Assembly (NCBI GenBank): GCA_045638685.1
Contig: JAZUBT010000007.1
Coordinates: forward strand, 130,551-194,550
Reading direction: 5' to 3'
From: Eubacteriales bacterium
GTDB taxonomy: Bacteria > Bacillota > Clostridia > Oscillospirales > CAG-272
DNA: 64,000 nt
Positions 40,990-49,030 of this stretch are shown piece after piece (within the stretch, counting starts at the first letter, position 1; every line of letters begins with the position of its first letter). The notes under the pieces are model-generated. The model did no database searches. It was given only the letters and a program-made list of their open reading frames with translations, and was not told where the DNA came from. The translations under genes were made by a program, and so were the position numbers.

Positions 40990-43900
40990 TTATACAAAGA
41001 ACTTTTTCTTAAGCAAGAACCACAAAGCTGCTAAGAAAGTAAAGCTTGTTGTAGCAATGGGAGCAAAAGCTATCTCAGTTGCGTTTACTTGTTCGTTATT
41101 AATAACCTTTGCCTCCGCATTATATGCCTCAATGCTTACAAGTAATTTTTGATAAGACTCTTCTACTTCTTGCTTTTCTTCCTCGTTGAATGTGTTATAA
41201 ATTTGAATTGCTTCATAAATCTTTCCATATAACTCTTCGGATACCGCGCCGTCAACAAGTGCTGTAACCTTTTCGTTGAACACACCAAGATTTTTGTTTA
41301 TAGAAATATAGGTTGCCATATATGTTTCATTACCATCGCAAGCAACAATTTCTTTATCCCAACCGCTAAAGGTGTAGATATAGGTATCGTCCTCTGCCCT
41401 AGTCGGTATTCCGGGAGCAGTTATCTCATCGCCATAATGATAGGTTTGTGTGCTGAGAACAGTTCCATCATAATCTTTGAATACTACCGTATAGTCAATA
41501 AACGTAGGAGTATAAGTTGCAGTATAGGTTGCATTAGCCACGCAATCAACTATTTCCCTATCCCAACCATTGAAGGTGTAGGTGTATGTGTTATCCGCTA
41601 CTCTTGTAGGATCGGAAGGAGCAACAACTTCGTCACCGTAGTGGTATGTTTTACTACTTAGCGTATTGCCGTTATGATCCTTGAATACAACAGTATACTC
41701 GATATATTCGGAATTGTAAACTGCCGTATATTCCTTGTTACCGTTGCAAGAAGTAGAGATATTACCCCAATCCTTGAAAGTGTAGGTGTAGGTTTCATCG
41801 CTCGCTCTTACGGGATCTGCCGGAATGGTGATAGTATCACCGAAATGATATGTCTTTCTGCTTATAACAGAACCATCGTAATCCTTGAATACAACGGTGT
41901 AATTGATGAAGGTAGATTCATACTGTGCTGTGAAGGATGCGTTACCCGTACAAGTTCCGAGAGGCTTATTCCAAGACAGGAATGTGTAGGTATAAGTTTC
42001 GTCGCTATCTCTTTCGGGATCGGCAATAGCCGTGATTGTATCGCCGTAATGATACTTAACCGTTTGAATAACGCTACCATCCCAATCAAGGAACTTGATA
42101 TTGTACTCAATGTATGTAGCTTCATAAACCGCCGTATATTCAGCATCTCCAACACAGTTTTCTGCAACCGTCTTACCCCAGTTCTTAAAGGTGTAAGTAT
42201 AGACGTTATCCGCATTGCGTGTCGGATTTTCAGGCACGACAACTTCAGCGCCAAAATAATAGGTTTCGCTGCTGATGATGTTTCCATTCCAATCCTTGAA
42301 CACTACCGTGTATTCCACTTTGGTAGGATTAAATGTTGCCGTGTAAGTTTTGTTACCCAAGCAAGCAGTTACCTCGCTATCCCAGCCTGCAAAGCCATAT
42401 GTGTAGCTTTCATCTGCAGGCTTGGTTGGCGTTTCGGGAACAACAACGGTATCGCCGTAATGATAGGTTTTAGAGCTCAAAAGGCTACCATCTTCATTCT
42501 TGAATGTAACAGTATAATTAATATACGTTGCATTATAAAGAGCAGTATAGGTTGTGTTGCCTTTGCAATTAACAACCGTCTTATCCCAACCCATAAATGC
42601 ATAAGTGTAAGTAGTATCCGCGGCTCTTGTGGGATCGCTCGGCTTTGTAACGCTCTGACCATAATGATATACGTTACTGCTAATTACATCGCCGTTCCAA
42701 TTCTTAAATACTACTGTATATTTAATATAAACAGGTGTATAGGTTGCCGTGTATATCTTATTTCCGTTACAAGCAACTACTTCACTATCCCAACCTGCAA
42801 AAGTGTAGGTATAAGTGTTATTAGCTACCTTGGACGGTGTTGAAGGAGCAACAACGTTTTCTCCGTAATGATAGGTTTTAGAACTCAAAAGGCTACCATC
42901 TTCATTCTTGAATGTAACAGTATAATTAATATACGTTGCATTATAAGTTGCGATATAGGTAGCATCACCTTTGCAATTAACAACCGTCTTATCCCATCCT
43001 TTGAAGGTATAGGTATAAGTGTTGTCAGCTGCCTTGGTAGGAGCTTCGGGAGCAGTTATCGCATCTCCGTAGTGATAGGTATTAGTACTTATTATACTGT
43101 TATCCCAATCTTTAAATGTGATAGTATAATCTATATAGTCGATTAAATAGGTAGCAATATATACTTTATCACCATCGCAGACAGTGATATTTTTATCCCA
43201 TCCATTAAAGACATATTGTCCAATATTATCGGTTGGTTTGGTGGGGGGGGCAGGGATTTCTATATTCTCTCCATATTTATAGTTTTTAGAACTTATAGTT
43301 TGGTTGTTCCAATTCTTGAACTCTACTTTGTAATATTTGTAGCTTGTTGAATAGGTTGCAATGTAAACCTTATCCCCCTCGCAGGTTCCAACCGGACTGT
43401 CCCAACCAGCAAAAATATAATCACCAATTTTATCAGAAGGCTTTGTCGGCGAAATAGTAGGAGGCACAATAACATCGCCATAATGATAGTCATCTTTTGT
43501 TAAAACAATAGAATTATCCCAGTTTTTAAAGATTATCGTATAATTTTTATGTGTCGATTTATAAACAGCCGTATAAATTTTATCTCCGTCGCACTCTACA
43601 ATTTCCTTGTCCCAGCCAATAAACTCATATGTGTATGTATTGTCCTCGTCTCTCGTTGGATCGTTTGGAACAGATATTGCATCACCGATATAATAATATG
43701 TGCTGCTTAAAATTGTTCCATCATAATCTTTAAACACTATCAAGGGTAAATATTCTTTACAATTTTCACACTGATTATTAACATAATTATGACCTATTGC
43801 AGGAATTTCGGTAATGTTTTTTTGTGCGCCACAAATTTTACAATGAATTGATTTTGAACCCGCTGTTAAACAAGTAGGGTTAATATCAACAAAAAAATCA

Positions 43901-45813
43901 TCTTCCCATTCATGTGTATGTACTGTGACATCAGGCTCAAATTCAAAAATGCCAGCGGATGCATATTTATCGTTAGTACCTGCAATATATTCAGCGGTAA
44001 TTATATAGTCACCTTCAACAGCGACCCAGTCAATTGTTGCAATTGCCGTTATTTCTGTATCATTTTCGACCGGCGTTTTAATATCAGATGTCCCAATCTC
44101 TTTTCCATCTAATTTAAATAATATATATCCCTTAGGAGAAGGTGTTGAAATGTTACTTGTACGTGATATGCTTAATATTGCTTGTAAAGTAACTTTTTCA
44201 TATCCAACACATTCTTCCGGTGAAATTATAATATTTTGGACATTGATAGAAAATTTTCCATTACTATCGTATGTTCCTTCATGCTGATATGCGCCGTTAC
44301 CACTTATCGTACAGTTCGTAAATGTAGGATTTGAGACATTGGTTGCTCTACTCGCGGTGCAAAACTCAATACTTCCACCGGTTACAGTCAAGGAACCGCC
44401 ATTACCAACCTGAGTTCCATTGTATCCACCGCCAATATCAAAAGCGTTGCTTCCGGCGGTCACAACAACATTACCTCCGCAAACATTAACATTATGTCCA
44501 CTAATTTCACCAGTATAACCAGATCCGCCTATTCCTGCCGCACCATTACCTCCGGTTGCTGTAACTGTGCCTCCGTATATCGTAACGTTGGCATTAATAC
44601 CAGCTCCGCCGTTACCATAAAATGCGCCATTATCTCCTCTAGTTCCCGCAGTTCCTTTTCCAGTTCCACCAAAGCCTCCGTTGCCGCCAGAACCACCTAC
44701 GCCTTTGGCTCCTTCATTTCCACCTATTGCCGTAACATGCCCATCATAAATAATAAAATTTGTTGCCAGTATTGCTTCTCCACCATAAGAATTAGAACCA
44801 CCGTTGCCACCGTTGCCACCATTGCCACCTTTTCCACCAGGATAATTGGAATTCAAACTTACAGGGTAGTCACCTATGCCTCCATAACCACCTACACCTC
44901 CGTTGCCACCAGAACCACCTACGCCTCCTTTAACACTCAATGTTCCAAAATAACAAACAATGTCACCTGAGACAACTATACCTATACCACTTTTTCCACC
45001 ATCTCCTGCATTTCCACCGTTGCCGCCGTTGCCGCCCCGGTAATTTCCACAAGAATATGAGTTATCATCGGATCCTCCATCACCGCCATTACCGCCATTG
45101 CCGCCATCACCACCATTGCCGCCAACAACTGTAACTTCTCCACCATAAATATATAGATTAGAAACTTGAATTCCATGGCTACCGATATCTCCGTCAAACC
45201 CATTTGCACCTGCAGTACCGGCAGTAGGGCTCTGATCTCCACCTTTATCAAGTGTGTTAAATCCATCTTTACCACTTGTTCCATTAGCTCCGTTAAAACC
45301 ATTTTTTCCATGAACAGTTATAATTCCATCGTAAATTTCTACATTTCCACTTCCAACAATACCATTAGAAATATTAACAATGCCATTTTGAACTATCAAT
45401 GTAGTATTGCCAATATTTAATGACTTCCGAACCTTCAGACTACCCGAACTGCTTGATGCGTTTTTATCATAAGCGCTATCTAAAATAGAAAAACTTTGTT
45501 TATCTGAATTCACTGTCAACGTTGAAAGAGTCAAATTATAACCATTCAAATCTATTGAATGGCAACACGCAGTTACAACATCATCGATATTTACATCGAA
45601 CCACAATACTATATCTGCATTTTCAACTTTTAAATAAGACTTTAATGATTCTGCATCATATACGTTTATTTCAATAAATTCTTCGGATGATGTAACAGCT
45701 GGAATATTTGTTTCTGCCGCGCATACTGTAATGTAACTTGTTGCCAACATCATAGCACTAAGCAAACAACAAGTGATAATATAAAAATATCTTAAAAACC
45801 GTTTTTTAATCAT
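40990..45813 (-). CDS. 1607-aa surface protein: signal peptide, Gly/Asn-rich putative beta-helix, Cys module, ~13-14 Listeria-Bacteroides (InlB B-repeat type) modules, C-terminal TM anchor
   Basis: Signal peptide MIKKRFLRYFYIITCCLLSAMMLATSYITVCA. GGNGGDGGNGGNGG tracts alternate with IYGGxVT strands. Repeats are of the type YTVTFKNEDGSLLSSKTYHYGENVVAPSTPSKVANNTYTYTFAGWDSEV. C-terminus is TSFTFLAALWFLLKKKFFV. Confidence 0.75.
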   Translation of the reverse strand: MIKKRFLRYFYIITCCLLSAMMLATSYITVCAAETNIPAVTSSEEFIEINVYDAESLKSYLKVENADIVLWFDVNIDDVVTACCHSIDLNGYNLTLSTLTVNSDKQSFSILDSAYDKNASSSSGSLKVRKSLNIGNTTLIVQNGIVNISNGIVGSGNVEIYDGIITVHGKNGFNGANGTSGKDGFNTLDKGGDQSPTAGTAGANGFDGDIGSHGIQVSNLYIYGGEVTVVGGNGGDGGNGGNGGDGGSDDNSYSCGNYRGGNGGNGGNAGDGGKSGIGIVVSGDIVCYFGTLSVKGGVGGSGGNGGVGGYGGIGDYPVSLNSNYPGGKGGNGGNGGNGGSNSYGGEAILATNFIIYDGHVTAIGGNEGAKGVGGSGGNGGFGGTGKGTAGTRGDNGAFYGNGGAGINANVTIYGGTVTATGGNGAAGIGGSGYTGEISGHNVNVCGGNVVVTAGSNAFDIGGGYNGTQVGNGGSLTVTGGSIEFCTASRATNVSNPTFTNCTISGNGAYQHEGTYDSNGKFSINVQNIIISPEECVGYEKVTLQAILSISRTSNISTPSPKGYILFKLDGKEIGTSDIKTPVENDTEITAIATIDWVAVEGDYIITAEYIAGTNDKYASAGIFEFEPDVTVHTHEWEDDFFVDINPTCLTAGSKSIHCKICGAQKNITEIPAIGHNYVNNQCENCKEYLPLIVFKDYDGTILSSTYYYIGDAISVPNDPTRDEDNTYTYEFIGWDKEIVECDGDKIYTAVYKSTHKNYTIIFKNWDNSIVLTKDDYHYGDVIVPPTISPTKPSDKIGDYIFAGWDSPVGTCEGDKVYIATYSTSYKYYKVEFKNWNNQTISSKNYKYGENIEIPAPPTKPTDNIGQYVFNGWDKNITVCDGDKVYIATYLIDYIDYTITFKDWDNSIISTNTYHYGDAITAPEAPTKAADNTYTYTFKGWDKTVVNCKGDATYIATYNATYINYTVTFKNEDGSLLSSKTYHYGENVVAPSTPSKVANNTYTYTFAGWDSEVVACNGNKIYTATYTPVYIKYTVVFKNWNGDVISSNVYHYGQSVTKPSDPTRAADTTYTYAFMGWDKTVVNCKGNTTYTALYNATYINYTVTFKNEDGSLLSSKTYHYGDTVVVPETPTKPADESYTYGFAGWDSEVTACLGNKTYTATFNPTKVEYTVVFKDWNGNIISSETYYFGAEVVVPENPTRNADNVYTYTFKNWGKTVAENCVGDAEYTAVYEATYIEYNIKFLDWDGSVIQTVKYHYGDTITAIADPERDSDETYTYTFLSWNKPLGTCTGNASFTAQYESTFINYTVVFKDYDGSVISRKTYHFGDTITIPADPVRASDETYTYTFKDWGNISTSCNGNKEYTAVYNSEYIEYTVVFKDHNGNTLSSKTYHYGDEVVAPSDPTRVADNTYTYTFNGWDREIVDCVANATYTATYTPTFIDYTVVFKDYDGTVLSTQTYHYGDEITAPGIPTRAEDDTYIYTFSGWDKEIVACDGNETYMATYISINKNLGVFNEKVTALVDGAVSEELYGKIYEAIQIYNTFNEEEKQEVEESYQKLLVSIEAYNAEAKVINNEQVNATEIAFAPIATTSFTFLAALWFLLKKKFFV

Positions 45814-46160
45814 AACTTTTGCTCCTTTTCACAATATGGACAAGTCGAATTTATAGACGTATCTTTTAATATTTCTGATATTTGTGAGTTAAAAATCCTA
45901 AAATCTTGATTTTCACCGTATTTTTCTTTTAACTTATTGGCACATACAGCATAAATTGCTTTTTCATCAAAAGAATAGGTTTCGTAATAATAATCTGAAT
46001 GAATCTCACATTCTTTAATTGCACCGATTTCAATCAAAATATCATATGCAATTTGATGATAATCTTGAATCTTGTCCAAAAAATCTTTAATTGCACTCAT
46101 TTTTGTTTGATTCCTTTCTTGTTTTCTGTTTTCCTTTATATTCTTTATATGTTTCCTCAC
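45810..46160 (-). CDS. hypothetical small protein with C-terminal CPYC motif
   Basis: 116-aa ORF; ATG 46100 (MSAIKDFL...) is an alternative start. Its stop overlaps the start of the 1607-aa gene as ATGA. Confidence 0.45.
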   Translation of the reverse strand: MRKHIKNIKENRKQERNQTKMSAIKDFLDKIQDYHQIAYDILIEIGAIKECEIHSDYYYETYSFDEKAIYAVCANKLKEKYGENQDFRIFNSQISEILKDTSINSTCPYCEKEQKL

Positions 46161-46299
46161 TTATACATTCTCCGCAAATAGAACAGCGGTAGTCGCCTGT
46201 TCGTGTACCTAAATAGAATTCTTTTTCCCAAACATGAGAGCAATCGCCACCTTCCCATAATTTGGCGAGCTTGTCAGCTTTGTCATGTTGAATAGCCAT
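46087..46299 (-). CDS. hypothetical 70-aa zinc-ribbon-like protein
   Basis: CSHVW...YRCSICGEC supplies four potential metal ligands. AGGAGG RBS upstream. First gene of the surface-protein operon. Confidence 0.45.
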   Translation of the reverse strand: MAIQHDKADKLAKLWEGGDCSHVWEKEFYLGTRTGDYRCSICGECISEETYKEYKGKQKTRKESNKNECN

Positions 46300-46361
46300 T
46301 ATTAATACCTCCTTTTAATCGATAACTTTGCACCGAATGATTTATTCGACGCAGTTTTTGC

Positions 46362-46407
46362 AATAAAAAACAGCATATTTTTTAAAAATAAGGTAGAAAA
46401 ATATGCT
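46362..46407 (-). terminator. terminator downstream of the integrase gene
   Basis: 11-bp inverted repeat agcatattttt (46372-46382) / aaaaatatgct (46397-46407), followed on the minus strand by T6. Confidence 0.6.
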
Positions 46408-46517
46408 AAAGTACTATAAATTTACATTTTAGTATTGAAAAAAATCTACAGAAGTAGTATAATATCTTGTAGACAAGGAAAATTATGCACGGAATAAATC
46501 AATCGACGCAGTTTTGC

Positions 46518-47450
46518 TTACAAAATCCGTGGTAGTTTCTGCATCATTTCAATTTTATGGTCGAGCATACAGTGGGTGTATCGGTTAAGGGTGATGGATG
46601 CGTTTTGATGCCCCATGATATCGGCAACGGTCTTGATGTCCATTCCGCACTCGATAGCACGGGTAGCAAATGTATGACGCAAGGCATGAAAGTTGAGCTT
46701 ACGCACTTCCGCGCGTTCGGTGAGCTTTTCGAATATGTATTGGTACGAACGGATCGACATTCGTTCGCCTTTTTTATTTTCTACAACGTATTGTGTTTGA
46801 GCGTTTTCATAGTCCTGACGTAGTATATCGGTGATATATTCGGGCAGAGGAATCACTCTGTCCGATGCTTTTGTTTTCGGCGTATCTACGCAAAGCTGCC
46901 ATATCCCGCTTTCGTCCTTTTCTCGATATACAGTTTTCGTTATTTTTATCACGCCACGGTCAAGATCAACATCATTCCACGTAAGCCCCAGCAATTCGCC
47001 TATTCGCAAGCCTGTATAAAGGCAGAGGAGAATACCGTGAAGGCGTTTATCATCGGATCTTGATATTTCTGTTTCAATTGCTCTTTGTTCCTCCACAGTA
47101 AATGCTTCAATTTTCTTTGTTTCTGTCTTTGTACGCCGTACTCTGATGCATGGATTTTCCTCGATATATTCCATATCACAAGCGTATTCAAATGCGAGAT
47201 TAAGGACGGATAGCATCATATTCGTGCTTGTAGCAGATAGCTTTTCACCATTACGAATATTTCCGTCCTTTTTCTGTTGAGTGAGAAATTCTTGAATGTC
47301 CCACCGACTAAGTTCGAATATGTTTCGCTTTCCAAGCATCGGGACTATGTGCATTGTTATAAGTCCTTGGTATCGGCTATATGTCCGCGCCTTGATATGC
47401 TCCTTTTGGTAGATCTCCAGCCATTCGGTAAGTAGTTTTTGTATTGTCAT
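46518..47450 (-). CDS. tyrosine-type site-specific integrase
   Basis: Contains ALRHTFATRAIECGMDIKTVADIMGHQNASITLNRYTH (R...HxxR...Y). N-terminal SAM-like domain. The start is set at ATG 47450 (GGAGG RBS) rather than the track start 47501. Confidence 0.9.
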   Translation of the reverse strand: MTIQKLLTEWLEIYQKEHIKARTYSRYQGLITMHIVPMLGKRNIFELSRWDIQEFLTQQKKDGNIRNGEKLSATSTNMMLSVLNLAFEYACDMEYIEENPCIRVRRTKTETKKIEAFTVEEQRAIETEISRSDDKRLHGILLCLYTGLRIGELLGLTWNDVDLDRGVIKITKTVYREKDESGIWQLCVDTPKTKASDRVIPLPEYITDILRQDYENAQTQYVVENKKGERMSIRSYQYIFEKLTERAEVRKLNFHALRHTFATRAIECGMDIKTVADIMGHQNASITLNRYTHCMLDHKIEMMQKLPRIL

Positions 47451-47659
47451 AATGACCTCCTTGAATTTTGATGATACTATATTGTATCTCAAAATTATCA
47501 CAAAGGTATTAGCAACACAATATCACGACCACTGATGAAAGTCCAGATAACTTTTTGTTAACTCGAAAAATACGTTCCTTTGTATATTGTGACGTAAATT
47601 TTAGTACGCGAAGCATAAAAATTAGCCAATGCAGACATTTCATCGTCAATGTTGGCTTT

Positions 47660-47683
47660 CTTGTATCAAAACAAGCACACGCC
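47660..47683 (+). repeat. 24-bp direct repeat, copy 2
   Basis: cttgtatcaaaacaagcacacgcc differs from 40037-40060 at one position. Confidence 0.9.
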
Positions 47684-48102
47684 GTGTGGTCATTAGTGAT
47701 ACGTTTCTTATTTTAACTGTTACATAAAAGCTTTAATGTAAACCCTTTCGGGCGGGGTAATAATCAACAAGTTTAAACTAAAATAAGGGTGGGATATATG
47801 TCCCGCCCTTTTTGCGAAATAAAAAAGCGTAAATCAAACCTTTCGGTTCAATTTACGCTCGGAATGGTGCACCAAAAAAAGTATAGCCGAACCATAGTGT
47901 TCGGCTTGTTTTTTTGCCGAGCAATAGGCTACGAAGAACCTGCGATGCTATCCTATTTAACATTAAAAACAGAACTGTTAACAAGGATAGCATCTTCTTT
48001 TTCCGTGTTTGACTCGGCAAACTGACGGCAGCGGCGTCAAGGGAAAAGCAGGAAAGAGCGCCGAATTGTGTTAGAATAAAAGGCGCTCTTTTTTTCAACC
48101 TC

Positions 48103-48119
48103 TCCTGTTACCCGCACCA
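48103..48119 (+). repeat. attR-like copy of the tRNA-Leu 3' end
   Basis: tcctgttacccgcacca is identical to 37334-37350 and is followed by its own terminator-like hairpin (cgaacc...gggttgg with a T-rich tail). Confidence 0.75.
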
Positions 48120-48232
48120 AAAAAAGCATAGTCGAACCTGTTCGGGTTGGTTTTGTGTTTTATAAAAAGTAAAAACATAATAACTTAAGCCCTTGGCTCT
48201 ATTTTGAGTCAAGGGCTTTTTTGTTTTTCCAG

Positions 48233-48769
48233 TTAATTTATAAAACTGTCAAATACGGGGGTGGCTTTTTGTGTTTCTAATGACGTAAAAGCACATAATT
48301 TCACATCTATATCATAGTCAGGATAATCCGAAACGAACTTGTTGTATGCTCGGCAGCACTGCTTAGTAGATTCAGCAACGGGATTAATTAAATTACCACC
48401 AAAAATACCAGAGCTTATAAGTGGAAAGGAAATGCTGTGCAGTTCATGCTCTTTTAAAACCAATAGAGAGTTGTAATATGCCTCATACAATTCTTTAAAT
48501 GCATTGGGAGTTTCGTAAAAATCAGGGCCGACTGCGTGAATTATAAATTTTGTATTTTGCATTTTAAATGCCGGAGTTATAACCGCTGAACCATCTTTAA
48601 GGGGTGTTTTGCAGGCATTACACGCATCTTGTAGTTCAAAAAGACCTGCTTTTTTAAAAATAACTCCGCAAATACCTCCTCCTGCCAACAAACGCTTATT
48701 GGCTGCATTTACAACTGCGTCAACAGTTTGATCAGCACAGGAAGCATTTAACAATTCAATTTTACTCAT
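48233..48769 (-). CDS. stand-alone Macro-domain protein (ADP-ribose binding/hydrolase family)
   Basis: 178 aa. Motifs DAVVNAANKRLLAGGGICG, IIHAVGP and SISFPLISSGIFGG. Confidence 0.85.
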   Translation of the reverse strand: MSKIELLNASCADQTVDAVVNAANKRLLAGGGICGVIFKKAGLFELQDACNACKTPLKDGSAVITPAFKMQNTKFIIHAVGPDFYETPNAFKELYEAYYNSLLVLKEHELHSISFPLISSGIFGGNLINPVAESTKQCCRAYNKFVSDYPDYDIDVKLCAFTSLETQKATPVFDSFIN

Positions 48770-49030
48770 TTTTATCCCCCGTTTAGCCTTATCTCATAAA
48801 TTTTACTATATTTATTTTACCACGTTTTTGTGAATAAGTCAATTAACAAAAGTAAGATGAAATCTAAAATGACTAAGTATAAATTCTTTAAACTTCAACG
48901 TAAATTTCTCCAAATCAAAGAATAGTAATGTTTTGGGGTTGCCTTTCGTCGTTTTTGTGGAGCACAGTTCTCGTTTTTGTCAACAGTGTAATGTAAATAA
49001 AATTTTGCATTATAATTAACGCATTTTAAG

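Larger units (their letters stand above)
37334..48119. mobile_element. ~10.8-kb integrated genomic island at the 3' end of tRNA-Leu(CAG), probably composite
   Basis: The last 17 nt of the tRNA (tcctgttacccgcacca, 37334-37350) recur exactly at 48103-48119. A tyrosine integrase lies 650 bp inside the right repeat and a large serine recombinase 320 bp inside the left repeat. The cargo is visibly more AT-rich than the 1-37 kb region. Confidence 0.7.

Noticed and set aside
41674-42843. 389-aa plus-strand ORF, with other 60-240-aa antisense ORFs at 23497..24222, 30099..30833, 33543..34421, 34437..35249, 9053..9538 and 44494..44970
   Set aside because: Each lies entirely inside a much longer opposite-strand ORF with clear domain content. 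Their translations are low-complexity (Ile/Cys/Arg/Ser-rich) mirror images of repeat or conserved genes, with no RBS or motif support.
44370-45370. Gly-codon-rich DNA (ggtggcaatgg-type periodicity) as a non-coding simple repeat
   Set aside because: It lies in frame within the 1607-aa ORF and encodes GGNGG tracts. The periodicity is explained by the protein repeat.
47789-48098. Overlapping ORFs 47789..48025(+) and 47853..48098(-)
   Set aside because: They are mutually overlapping on opposite strands and run through three terminator-like hairpins and the att-like remnant. Neither has an RBS or recognisable motif.
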